This document shows, in pieces, positions 48,354 through 57,497 of a stretch of 64,000 bases of DNA (the stretch's first letter is position 1; each line of letters starts with the position of its first letter). A program made the position numbers and the translations under genes. Origin of the DNA: Candidatus Aenigmatarchaeota archaeon (GTDB taxonomy: Archaea; Aenigmatarchaeota; Aenigmatarchaeia; CG10238-14; SCSR01); contig JAUWZS010000002.1 of the NCBI GenBank assembly GCA_030615205.1, positions 131,212-195,211 of the forward strand. Reading direction: 5' to 3'. Under the pieces are notes generated by a model. It was not told the DNA's origin, did not search any database, and was given only the letters and a program-made list of their open reading frames with translations.

Positions 48354-48608
48354 TTAAGCTTTGATTTTTTTCTGCAACTTTTTTACTTTTGCCAATCTTT
48401 TAACGCGTGCCAACATCTCTTTCTTCAGGCCAATAAAAACTCCGCCTTTTTTGCCAGCGCAGTATGTCGCCTCGCCAGGCTTTATTATTTTGTTCAGCTC
48501 TGAGCTTTCTATGTCTATGTGGATTATTCTCGACCTAGTTTCTTTATCTTTTAGATGTATGTATGCTTTTACTTTAATTGGAATTTTTGATTTTGCAGGA
48601 CCAGACAT
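48354..48608 (-). CDS. small hypothetical protein
   Basis: 84-aa ORF with AAGTGA SD-like sequence upstream. Confidence 0.55.
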   Translation of the reverse strand: MSGPAKSKIPIKVKAYIHLKDKETRSRIIHIDIESSELNKIIKPGEATYCAGKKGGVFIGLKKEMLARVKRLAKVKKLQKKIKA

Positions 48609-48691
48609 ATAATCACTTATTACAACAACTTACCTACAATCACTTATCCGCTTAAAAACAATTTAAATTTAGGAAAATAAAAGTGGTACAT

Positions 48692-49318
48692 ATGAGTTTG
48701 TTTGTTGTTTTAGAGGGGCTTGATGGCTCAGGCGGAGAAACGCAGACCAAGCGCTTAGTAGAGTTTTTACACAGCCGCGGAAGAGCAGTAGAAGTCCTGA
48801 CTTATCCAAATCCAAAAAGTCCTTTTGGTAAAATAATATACGATTATCTGAACAAGAAAATCGAACTGTCGCCTGATGCGCAGATGTCCTTATACGCAAC
48901 TGACATGGCGCTCGACCGTGAAAAAATTAATGCAGCATTGCAACAAGGCAAAATAGTCATTGCAACCCGTTACTTTTTATCTACGCTTGCTTACCAGTGT
49001 GGTGCAAAAGGCGTTCCGCTTGAAAAAGCAGTAGAGTTTGCAAAAATGCTCAAGTTGCCAGTTCCCGACCTTGTTATATGTTTGGACATTTCGCCAGAAA
49101 CTTCAATCAAACGCAAGTTCGGTGAACATAAAAAATTGGACAGGCATGAAGAGAGCAAAGCTTTGTTGGCAAAAGTCAGAGAAGCCTATCGCAATCTTGC
49201 AAATAATAAAGTATTTGCAAAAGAATGGGTTGTTGTAGATAGTGAAAAAAGTATAGAAGCTGTTGCTGCAGAAGTGCAAAAAATCGTTTTGAGTAAATTG
49301 AAATTAGAGTCAAAATAA
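48692..49318 (+). CDS. tmk: thymidylate kinase family protein (variant P-loop)
   Basis: FVVLEGLDGSGGETQ, TYP, TRYFLSTLAYQ, PDLVICLDISPE...R. Confidence 0.8.
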   Translation: MSLFVVLEGLDGSGGETQTKRLVEFLHSRGRAVEVLTYPNPKSPFGKIIYDYLNKKIELSPDAQMSLYATDMALDREKINAALQQGKIVIATRYFLSTLAYQCGAKGVPLEKAVEFAKMLKLPVPDLVICLDISPETSIKRKFGEHKKLDRHEESKALLAKVREAYRNLANNKVFAKEWVVVDSEKSIEAVAAEVQKIVLSKLKLESK

Positions 49319-49325
49319 GATAGAA

Positions 49326-49559
49326 TTATGCAATAATTTTGTAATATACTATACCATTCTCTTTATCAAAAATTCTAGAAATCTTTTCCTTCTTCGCAAG
49401 AAAGATTAAATGATCTCTGATGATTCTCAGATTAACTGTCCTCCCGACAGACTGGTTTACTCTGTAATTGATACCAAGAGTCGTCATTGAGCCTTTAGAT
49501 TCTCTTAATATCTTTAGAATCAACGGATCAACAAAATCATAGCCTGAAGTTCTTCCCAT
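49326..49559 (-). CDS. small winged-helix protein
   Basis: ILKILRE...MTTLGI...V...IIRDHL..L. Confidence 0.6.
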   Translation of the reverse strand: MGRTSGYDFVDPLILKILRESKGSMTTLGINYRVNQSVGRTVNLRIIRDHLIFLAKKEKISRIFDKENGIVYYKIIA

Positions 49560-49637
49560 ATGTAATATTTGGTTTTCCTGCCATATAGTCGTAGTCGTGG
49601 TTCATGTATGTGCAAAATAGGGATTTGAACACCCAAA

Positions 49638-49687
49638 TATTCCTAACTCTTGAGAATTAAAAAAAGAAAAAAGAAAGGTAAAAGATT
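49638..49687. repeat. island repeat copy 1
   Basis: TATTCCTAACTCTTGAGAATTAAAAAAAGAAAAAAGAAAGG.AAAAGATT; core TCCTAACTCTTGAGAATTAAAAAAAGAAAAA identical in 3 copies. Confidence 0.9.
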
Positions 49688-49999
49688 TTATTCGTCAATT
49701 GGAGTTATTTTGCAAATATAGGAGCCACAAATCTCGATTAGATCAGTATCACTCAAGTAAGAGCTAGGCCAATTAACCCGTGTCCACCCATGAGCTAACT
49801 TTTGGTCTACTTTTTTAGTAGGTAAATCGGCTTCACGGAAACAGTTGTAATGATTACCTGCATACCAGTCTTGCAAATGTGATGGACACTCAAATTCATT
49901 TGCAGTTACTAAAACAGTAGCTGCCCCACTACCATACGTATCTACATGTGGATTAGTTGTCGTTGGTATTGCTAATGCAATTAGTTAAAAGTCCCTCAT
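49688..49999 (-). pseudogene. degraded secreted-protein gene (in-frame TAA at codon 5)
   Basis: AGGTG SD + ATG AGG GAC TTT TAA CTA ATT GCA TTA GCA... stays in frame into ORF 49688..49876. Confidence 0.55.
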
Positions 50000-50160
50000 T
50001 TAACACCTACTTTCAAGTCCCGACCATTTAACAGAACCTTAAATCAGAGGGTTTTTAAATGATGAAATGCTTATTAGAATATTGGAAATGTTTAAAAGGG
50101 TTTCGAAGAAAGAGTAAGTTTTAGAATTAATATTGTAGAACTATTATTTAAGAAATAAAA

Positions 50161-50865
50161 ATGGTGAAAGAAGGGGGGAAAATGGTAACTAAAGAGGAAG
50201 CTATTAAAGCGGTCCCATCATATATAGTACCTCCCGAATGTTTTATTTGGAATTGGACGGGAGCAAAAGATGGGTGGGGCGTCATTCCAGGCACTGGCTG
50301 TGCCCACTATGTGGCACATGAACATAATCCTAATATTAATCTCACGTCCCATAATACTAAACACAAGTGTTATTACTGTAAAAAATCTCAAAAAACTATA
50401 GGTAATCATAATGGAGGACGTGCAATCCGAGTTACACAAGTTAGAGCGTGGGCCAGGATTCACTATAAGAAGCCTAAACCCCTTAAGGAGGTATGCAAAA
50501 ATGATATATGGCTTAGGATAAGGGGAAAAAGCAGTCATAGTGGAATTGTGGAATCGGTAACATATGAAAAAAGTAAGCAGAAAATTGAGATTAGACATTG
50601 TAAGAAATCTGCAGGCGGCGTTACACACGATATACATGGTACTAACGGTGTTAAAGGTGGATTGTTTTATGGTCCTCCTAAGCCTCCACTTAAGTCTAAG
50701 TTCTTAGGTAATAAAAACACGACAGAAGTACACAACCTCAATAATGAACAAACAAATTGTCAGATAAATGAAATAAAAGATAGCAAGAAATTTGAGTCGT
50801 TGAAAGAAGCACATGACGAGGGATATGATAACTGTCATTATTGCTTAGGGGATTCAAAAAGATAG
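50161..50865 (+). CDS. putative Cys-His amidase (CHAP/NlpC-P60-like) + Ada-like Zn domain, paralog 1
   Basis: GCAHYVAH, NDIW, HSGIV; FLGNKN..EVH...C...I...F.SL.EA...GY.NCHYC. Confidence 0.6.
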   Translation: MVKEGGKMVTKEEAIKAVPSYIVPPECFIWNWTGAKDGWGVIPGTGCAHYVAHEHNPNINLTSHNTKHKCYYCKKSQKTIGNHNGGRAIRVTQVRAWARIHYKKPKPLKEVCKNDIWLRIRGKSSHSGIVESVTYEKSKQKIEIRHCKKSAGGVTHDIHGTNGVKGGLFYGPPKPPLKSKFLGNKNTTEVHNLNNEQTNCQINEIKDSKKFESLKEAHDEGYDNCHYCLGDSKR

Positions 50866-50898
50866 AGATATTAAGTTTTATTTTAAAATATATGGTTC

Positions 50899-51228
50899 TT
50901 ATTCAACCAGGTCATCAAGATAACCACTTAGACTTGCCTTCATGCTTACATCATTATCTAGTTCTCTAAGGGAATCTTGTTTGGCTTTTATGAGTCTGGG
51001 CGACATTAGTGGATTGGCTAATGACCTGTACAAAGTCTTGTGGCCGACTTTGGTTTTAGTGTGGTCTATGACACTCATCAAATTCTCTACTTCTATAAGC
51101 CTCCAGGAAAGATCGTCCATGGTTCTATCCGGCATTTTTTCTTTGAGTTCTGAGTAATTCAGCTCTACTTCCAAGCTTCCATAATGAGTATAGTTAAACA
51201 AAGTATCAAAGATTCTCGGATATGTGAG
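50899..51228 (-). pseudogene. fragment of a MutS-related gene (core/lever region only)
   Basis: IDHTKTKVGHKTLYRSLANP....IKAKQDSLREL resembles MutS domain III; no ATPase domain. Confidence 0.55.
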
Positions 51229-51270
51229 TTATGCTAAAATACTCAAATTCTCTGCCAAGAAAAGTGAATG

Positions 51271-51315
51271 TATTCCTAACTCTTGAGAATTAAAAAAAGA
51301 AAAAGAGGGAGAAAG
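51271..51315. repeat. island repeat copy 2
   Basis: TATTCCTAACTCTTGAGAATTAAAAAAAGAAAAAGAGGGAGAAAG. Confidence 0.9.
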
Positions 51316-51351
51316 TTTTTGATTCTTAGAAAGAAGACAATACTAAAAACA

Positions 51352-51825
51352 TCAAAATGATTCAAACTTCCTTTTTAGGGTTTCAAGAGCCTTTTCATAA
51401 TCTATTAAAATTCTGAAGATAAAAATAAGGGCAGGCGACACCAAATACATAATTATTAATAAGTTTTTAAAAATAGATGAAAGAAAATATATACAAAGAG
51501 AACAATAAAAAGAAACAAGCGTAAATGCAGAAATATAATATAACGCCAAAACTATTTCATCCATTTGCTTTTTTAGGTTTTTTGATTTTGCTTTTCTTGA
51601 TGAATAACCCTTTTCATTAAAGAAATAGTCGACTACACCAAAAACGAATATTGGAAAAGAATAAAATATCGAGACCAGCATTAGTTTACCAAATTCCAAA
51701 TTAAGAAACTTTTCATATTCGCTTAAGTATAAATAACCAACACCAGGAATTGTTAATGCTAAAAATAGAAACAGATATGAAAGAATCTGATATCCTTTTA
51801 ATTTTTCCAAATTTGGTATTACCAT
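51352..51825 (-). CDS. four-TM membrane orphan
   Basis: start MVIPNLEK; hydrophobic helices. Confidence 0.6.
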   Translation of the reverse strand: MVIPNLEKLKGYQILSYLFLFLALTIPGVGYLYLSEYEKFLNLEFGKLMLVSIFYSFPIFVFGVVDYFFNEKGYSSRKAKSKNLKKQMDEIVLALYYISAFTLVSFYCSLCIYFLSSIFKNLLIIMYLVSPALIFIFRILIDYEKALETLKRKFESF

Positions 51826-51889
51826 ATAAAAATAGAATGAGTAGGTTAACTTATAACTCTTTTTAGGATATAAACTAATTGGGGATAAA

Positions 51890-52123
51890 ATGGTCAAAAA
51901 GTCTAAACATGAAATCAAAATTCTAAGAGATTATGCTCTTGGAGGTCTTGCTATCATTACAGCAATCTTCTTAGCTACCTGGCAAGAAATTATGAAAATT
52001 CTTAAACCTAACCTAATATCACTTTTGATTACTTTAGCAGGAACAACATTTGTATTCTTCTTTCTTTTGTATGTATATTTTAATCCTGAGAGATTTCTAC
52101 GTGGTAAAAAACCTAAAAAATAA
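51890..52123 (+). CDS. small two-TM protein
   Basis: 77 aa, two TM segments. Confidence 0.55.
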   Translation: MVKKSKHEIKILRDYALGGLAIITAIFLATWQEIMKILKPNLISLLITLAGTTFVFFFLLYVYFNPERFLRGKKPKK

Positions 52124-52156
52124 ATCTTAATTTTTTATGAAAGTTCCTAATCTCTA

Positions 52157-52699
52157 TTAAGATGCCGAAACATAATACTCTTTATGATATTCCCGTTCGA
52201 TTGGGATAAATTTCAATTTCTTTTTATCTAGAATTAAAATATATGAACAAAATTTGTGTCCAATTTTTTGACGTAAAATTTTTAATTTTTCTCTTTCTTT
52301 TTCTATTACTTTAGGAAATGTTCTGTTTGTCCAAGAGTATTTTTTTCTCCTTAATTTTATTTCTATCACAGCATTAGGCTTTTCAAACGCGTATGCTTTT
52401 GAAGGTAATCTAAAAATACGAGAACCTTTAACTTTTAGCGTAGAAACGTCAATTACCACAATATCAGACCTTAGGTTTAAACTTGCATCGCTTCCATACC
52501 ATCTAACTTCACAATGTAGAGGTATAGACTTTTCTCCATCTTTAGTTGCTTCAATTTTACCAAAATCCTCGAGTAATAAGTGGTAGAGATAACTCCTCAC
52601 GTCTGCTTCTGTAAGAAATTTATCTGGATGCTTTTTGAACTCGTCTATTAATTTACCTATTTCCTTTTCAATTGATTTGTTTAAAACAGATTGAATCAT
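52157..52699 (-). CDS. PD-(D/E)XK-fold nuclease-like protein
   Basis: TEADVRSYLY...HCEV...SDIVVID...VIEIK. Confidence 0.65.
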   Translation of the reverse strand: MIQSVLNKSIEKEIGKLIDEFKKHPDKFLTEADVRSYLYHLLLEDFGKIEATKDGEKSIPLHCEVRWYGSDASLNLRSDIVVIDVSTLKVKGSRIFRLPSKAYAFEKPNAVIEIKLRRKKYSWTNRTFPKVIEKEREKLKILRQKIGHKFCSYILILDKKKLKFIPIEREYHKEYYVSAS

Positions 52700-52840
52700 A
52701 ATTCCAATTTTAAAATTTAAAGATTTATAGAAAGAAAAGTGTAATTGTGCGTATATGAAAAGAAACTCGCTGTTTTTTATAGTGTGTTTAATGAAGTCTG
52801 TTTTTATTAAAGTTTTAAATTAAGACATATTTAGAAGAAT

Positions 52841-53443
52841 ATGGCAAGATGTAGTAAAAAACTGAAAAAAGAAGTATCAATTAAAATAGCTAGAGATAGC
52901 CTCGATAATGCAAAAAGCTATTTGGAAGATTCGAAGAAGATATTAAATTCTAATCCGGGACATGCTTATGCATTAGGCGTTTTGGGTATAGAAGAACTCC
53001 AAAAGGCTACCATTTTTTATGTACTGCCACGATCGACTGATTTTCCCATGAAACTTGATAAATCTCTCAAGAGTCTTTTTAAAAATCACAAAGCAAAACA
53101 ATTTGGTCAGGAACTAACATCATCAAATAGAATCTTTTTAGAGCTTTGGGATAAATATTTTAAACGTACGGGAGTTAAGCCTATTGATTTAATGAAAGAA
53201 CTTATAAAAAATCCATCAGACAAGAAATTTAAAAAAATAAAAGAAAAAGTAAATAAAAAATTGAAAGTTTATGAAAATATTGAGAATTATAAAAAAATAG
53301 GCATGTACGTTGACTTTATTAATGGAAAAGTTGTTGGTCCTAAAGATATTAATAAAAAATTAGCAAAAAAACTCATAAAGCATTTAGAGGAAGAGATTAA
53401 TTACACTGAACGTCTTTTCGATTCTATAAATAAATTTTTATAA
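52841..53443 (+). CDS. AbiV-like (HEPN) abortive-infection protein
   Basis: LDNAKSYLEDS..L...HAYALGVLGIEELQK...FKNHKAK...K..GMYVD. Confidence 0.8.
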   Translation: MARCSKKLKKEVSIKIARDSLDNAKSYLEDSKKILNSNPGHAYALGVLGIEELQKATIFYVLPRSTDFPMKLDKSLKSLFKNHKAKQFGQELTSSNRIFLELWDKYFKRTGVKPIDLMKELIKNPSDKKFKKIKEKVNKKLKVYENIENYKKIGMYVDFINGKVVGPKDINKKLAKKLIKHLEEEINYTERLFDSINKFL

Positions 53444-53486
53444 GCTTCCTCCCCACTAAAAATAAATAGAAAGAATAGGTTAAAAT

Positions 53487-53660
53487 ATGAAATGGGAAAA
53501 ACAAAAACAAATCAAAAAGGAAATAAATGAACTATTGCCGAGATTTCCAGAAGGAAATGCTAAAAATTATCGAAGGGTGCTCTATTTCCGTTTACGCTTG
53601 GAAGGCAAGACGAAAGAAGAAGCTTTAGAAGAATTGAGAAAGAGGAAACTCTACCCTTGA
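53487..53660 (+). CDS. 57-aa microprotein (not in the ORF track)
   Basis: MKWEKQKQIKKEINELLPRFPEGNAKNYRRVLYFRLRLEGKTKEEALEELRKRKLYP; AGGT SD. Confidence 0.5.
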   Translation: MKWEKQKQIKKEINELLPRFPEGNAKNYRRVLYFRLRLEGKTKEEALEELRKRKLYP

Positions 53661-53712
53661 TAAAAATGGTAAGCCATTTAAGATTTACAAAAAATAAGAG
53701 AAAAATTATGAA

Positions 53713-54831
53713 TTAATATTTCTTCTCTATTATGAAAAATAACATATTTAGAATGCTCTGAACAATTTTAGGGAATTCTTTATAAATCGTTTCTCGTTCT
53801 TCTATCTTATGTCCACCAAAATTTCTCAGACAATATGTTAATGCAACGTCAAATTCGATTGCAATAGGATTGGTTACGAATCCTGTATCTGAATAAGTAT
53901 GGTTTGTTAATTTAGTTATTGTATTTTTAAAATTTCTATCTCTTTCTCCATTAAGAAAGTCTAAATTTTCCTTTTTGAGACTCAGATTAATGTCTTCACA
54001 AAAGAAGAGAGTATAATAAAATAAAGTGGGGGTTCGCCTAAGGCCATATCTAGCTTTTACCGAATCTTCTAGATATATGTTCTTTAACAATACCTCCACT
54101 AATTTACACAATTCAAATATTAAAGTTGTCTCCATGTACGAAGCAATAGTATTTTCTCGTATTCTAGGTTCAATTTCATTGATTATTTTTTTTAACTTAT
54201 AGATAGAATAAACGAAAAATAAAGCTTCTTTATAATAGGAACTTTTCTTCAAAAACTTAGTCCTTAATAAATCAATATCAAGAGAGGTTTGATTGATGGT
54301 CCTGTAACATTCTAATCTCTCATTAAGAAAATTTACAGTTTCAACAACTTTTTGTCTAAAGAATTGTTCTTTTACCCCATGTTCCAAAAGTATAAAACAT
54401 TCTGCAGGTGTAGGTTTATCTGTACCAACCCTGCCTAATCTTTTATCTTCTTGATATGCCTGATGCATTAATAATAATCCTTTTTCTATATCTCCTTTTA
54501 GAATGGACACTGTACCATAAAAATAATAAGGTGTGCCTTTGTGAATTTTATCTGGTTTATTTTTATCTTCCCATTCATGGACTAAAGAGAGTATTTTATC
54601 AAAAACTAAATCACAAAGTTGGATAGGTTTTAAAGTATAATCTGGATTTAACCAGAATGAAGTAAAATTTTCAAATAAATGGTCGTGAATTTCATAGCTG
54701 TCATTTTTGTGTTTTGTAAGAAAATCGAATAAGGCCTGTTTAAAAGATAAGTCTAATATAAATTTTCCATTTCGAAAAAAGATTAATGCTTTTTCAAATT
54801 CGTCGTCTATGGGTTCGTTAAATCTATGCAT
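53713..54831 (-). CDS. helical/TPR-like N-terminus + HEPN-like domain protein
   Basis: HKGTPYYFYG; VEVLLK and RNFGGH (Rx4H). Confidence 0.6.
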   Translation of the reverse strand: MHRFNEPIDDEFEKALIFFRNGKFILDLSFKQALFDFLTKHKNDSYEIHDHLFENFTSFWLNPDYTLKPIQLCDLVFDKILSLVHEWEDKNKPDKIHKGTPYYFYGTVSILKGDIEKGLLLMHQAYQEDKRLGRVGTDKPTPAECFILLEHGVKEQFFRQKVVETVNFLNERLECYRTINQTSLDIDLLRTKFLKKSSYYKEALFFVYSIYKLKKIINEIEPRIRENTIASYMETTLIFELCKLVEVLLKNIYLEDSVKARYGLRRTPTLFYYTLFFCEDINLSLKKENLDFLNGERDRNFKNTITKLTNHTYSDTGFVTNPIAIEFDVALTYCLRNFGGHKIEERETIYKEFPKIVQSILNMLFFIIEKKY

Positions 54832-54946
54832 ACTAGAGAATAGTCGATTATGATATTAAAAACTTTCTTATTCTCTTCAGCTTAAAAATGGCTCTTATAG
54901 TAAAGGCATTTTATAGGGTACCTATAATTTGAATCAAAATTTGTAT

Positions 54947-55020
54947 AAGGGTTAACAAAATCGCAAGAAAAGCCGTTACTATAGTAACAGCTTCGGGTCT
55001 TGTAAAAATGGTAAACCCTT
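54947..55020. repeat. 74-bp nested inverted-repeat hairpin (attC-like or MITE-like)
   Basis: AAGGGTTAAC/GTAAACCCTT, CAAGA/TCTTG, AAGC/GCTT and central palindrome GTTACTATAGTAAC. Confidence 0.65.
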
Positions 55021-55178
55021 TTTCATTCCACACACCTAAATGATTACCCACTTTCTATGTTTAAATATTTTATTTTCCATTGTTTAACTTTCTCTGAATT
55101 TTTTTCAAAACAACAAAGATTCTTTTTATTTCTATAATTATATATGATATACAGAAGATTCCAGTCGTCTGTTAATAC

Positions 55179-55823
55179 CTATAAAAAGCCTATAGGTTCG
55201 TAATTCATCCCTGCCTTTACCTTTGTTCTTTCTTTGAAAACATTCAAATTTTTAACAATTTCTTTTGATTCTTCTTTGAAGAAATACGAAAATAAAAATT
55301 CTAATAAATTTAGAATTTGATAATCGATTGTATAAGTACCGTATTGATGAAATTCTAGATGAACCAAATTATTTCTCTTTATTCGAATCCATTCAAAAAC
55401 TTCTTTAATTCTTTTGATTTGTTTTGGTGATAATGTTTTTGGAAGGAACTCTAGTAATTTATTGCTACATTTCTTAAAAGAGAACTTTCTGTTTTCAATG
55501 CTATCTATAAAATATTTATAATCTTCTTTCAAAATTATGGCTTTCAATAGTATTTCTGTCCCTATCCCAATAAGAATTCCTTTAATTTCGGGTTTAGATT
55601 CTCCGAAAAACCATGTTCCAAAACCAGTGCCTTCGTATGCATAAATAATAAGATTCTCAGCTCGTTTCATTAGTATTTCATGTGGTGAGTTTTTTAGACC
55701 AGTGTCTTTCTCTCTCTTGCTCTCTGGAGATGTATAATATTTTTTAATTCTTTCAATTCCTTTTTTATGATAGGTTTTCAAATCTTTTATGTCGTTTTCC
55801 AACTTTGAATATCTTTGAGGCAT
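55179..55823 (-). CDS. HEPN-like domain protein
   Basis: GTEILLKA and KRNNLVH (Rx4H). Confidence 0.65.
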   Translation of the reverse strand: MPQRYSKLENDIKDLKTYHKKGIERIKKYYTSPESKREKDTGLKNSPHEILMKRAENLIIYAYEGTGFGTWFFGESKPEIKGILIGIGTEILLKAIILKEDYKYFIDSIENRKFSFKKCSNKLLEFLPKTLSPKQIKRIKEVFEWIRIKRNNLVHLEFHQYGTYTIDYQILNLLEFLFSYFFKEESKEIVKNLNVFKERTKVKAGMNYEPIGFL

Positions 55824-55906
55824 ATATAAAACTTTATTGTCAAGTTTTTAAATTTTCTTAAAACTTCATTTAAAATGCTTAAATTCGGGTAAAAACTGAG
55901 TTTTAA

Positions 55907-56638
55907 TTGAAAAGTATGAATGAAATAAAAAGATTACAAAAATTTATGGAAAAACTTAACGAGGTAGTTCGACCATCAATGTTGTTTCATTCACAATGGC
56001 AACTTAGAATTATTGATGAGATAACTAAATCTCAAGCTTTTGTAAAAGAATTGAGAGAATTTCATACACCAACCCATAAAAAATTTAGAAAAGAGTGGGG
56101 GTGGTTAGTAGGTAAACGCCCATTTAGGGTTGGGAACTACTGGTATTCTTATTATAAAAAACGGGGGAATAACAAGTTTAGAGATGCTCTTTGCCGGTGG
56201 TTTTCGAGCAAAAGAAATCAGAATTATTTATTAAATGAGATGAATACTGTTTTTCCAGAAAAAAGAATTGAGATAATAAAAGAGGGTTTCAAATACCATA
56301 GAGATAAAAGATACTCAATATCGATACCATTATTACTTCCTCAAGTCGAAGGGGTTCTTTGGGATTTAGGTGCTAAGAAGGGTAAAGTCAGGAAAGCATA
56401 CAATTCAAGGGAAAAAAAATCAGGTGGTGAATGGGAATTGCCCGAATTATCTAAAGAAATTTTTCCAAATGACAAGTTTCATAAAATCATAGTTCGTGAA
56501 ATCTATTCTGAAAAATTTAGACATCCAGTATTACATGGCCGGAATATCCATAAAGGTAAAGAGAAAGAGATATCTCGATGGAGATCTACACTTTTAATTC
56601 TTACACTTTGGAGATTATCGGATGAATTTAAAAGCTAG
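55907..56638 (+). CDS. HEPN-like domain protein
   Basis: SIPLLLPQVEGVL and RHPVLHG (Rx4H). Confidence 0.65.
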   Translation: MKSMNEIKRLQKFMEKLNEVVRPSMLFHSQWQLRIIDEITKSQAFVKELREFHTPTHKKFRKEWGWLVGKRPFRVGNYWYSYYKKRGNNKFRDALCRWFSSKRNQNYLLNEMNTVFPEKRIEIIKEGFKYHRDKRYSISIPLLLPQVEGVLWDLGAKKGKVRKAYNSREKKSGGEWELPELSKEIFPNDKFHKIIVREIYSEKFRHPVLHGRNIHKGKEKEISRWRSTLLILTLWRLSDEFKS

Positions 56639-56687
56639 AAATATAATCCATTTTAATACTTCCCACTCCGAGCATTAAAGCACTCCA

Positions 56688-56736
56688 TACTCCTAACTCT
56701 TGAGAATTAAAAAAAGAAAAAGAAAGGAAAAGATTA
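56688..56736. repeat. island repeat copy 3
   Basis: TACTCCTAACTCTTGAGAATTAAAAAAAGAAAAAGAAAGGAAAAGATTA, ending at the stop of 56734..57252. Confidence 0.9.
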
Positions 56737-57252
56737 AGCTCCGTATCCTGCTGGAATTCCGTGTGCAGCCCACCAATGCCCTGTTGGGCCTGTTCTTTGT
56801 TTGTGTATGACTTCCATTTGTCCCCAGATACAATATCCACCATCTCTCCAATTTGGATTTGTATTATCGCAGGGTGTTCCTACCCAAACTATCTTAGAAT
56901 GATAGCTTCTTCCTGAACCACCCGGAAACATTCCATTCCACTGATTGTTAACCCATGCGTCAGTAGTCCAAGGCGACTCATCGCCACTATATCTAGTGTT
57001 ATCTGGTCCAAAGACCGCATCATGCCAAGCTTGTGACCATTTCATTACTAGGTGGTCATCTGCATCCTCGCCGATTGCGGTTTCACATGCAACCTTATCA
57101 GTTATCCCTAGCTTTTGTTGACAGTATTGCATTCCTGTTCCAACGAATACTAATGCTTTCCAGTTGTATCCTGCTGGTTTAGCAATTACTGTAGTTGCTA
57201 GCATTAACGAAGCCACTAGAACTAATCCAAACAAAGTTTTTTTGTTTTTCAT
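56734..57252 (-). CDS. secreted Trp/Gly-rich protein of unknown function
   Basis: signal peptide; GYNW, LVMKWS.AW, AWVNN, KIVWVG, IWG. Confidence 0.75.
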   Translation of the reverse strand: MKNKKTLFGLVLVASLMLATTVIAKPAGYNWKALVFVGTGMQYCQQKLGITDKVACETAIGEDADDHLVMKWSQAWHDAVFGPDNTRYSGDESPWTTDAWVNNQWNGMFPGGSGRSYHSKIVWVGTPCDNTNPNWRDGGYCIWGQMEVIHKQRTGPTGHWWAAHGIPAGYGA

Positions 57253-57497
57253 AGTTGTAATTAAGATAGTTAAAGATTAATCTCTATGAGTAAATTCGAA
57301 ACGCTTTAATATGGAAAAATGCGGCAGACAGTTAGTTGCAGAAGAAGAATGTAATAAATTATTCGAAAAAGTTAAGAAAGTTAAAAGAACGGAAATTGGC
57401 AAAAAAGCTAAATTAATTCTTTTTTGAATCAGTTCTAAAATTTAAGAACTTGCAAATCAAAATAATATTCAACATGCTGTTTAAGTGGTGTTTGTAA

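Noticed and set aside
49619..49634. GGGATTTGAACACCC, T-arm-like on the minus strand
   Set aside because: No acceptor-stem-like continuation or other tRNA arms; too short to call an att site.
49638..56736. Island repeat as a CRISPR repeat or classical attC
   Set aside because: Copies are 1.6 and 5.4 kb apart with no spacers or cas genes, and no consistent complementary R/L boxes lie within 150 nt of all copies.
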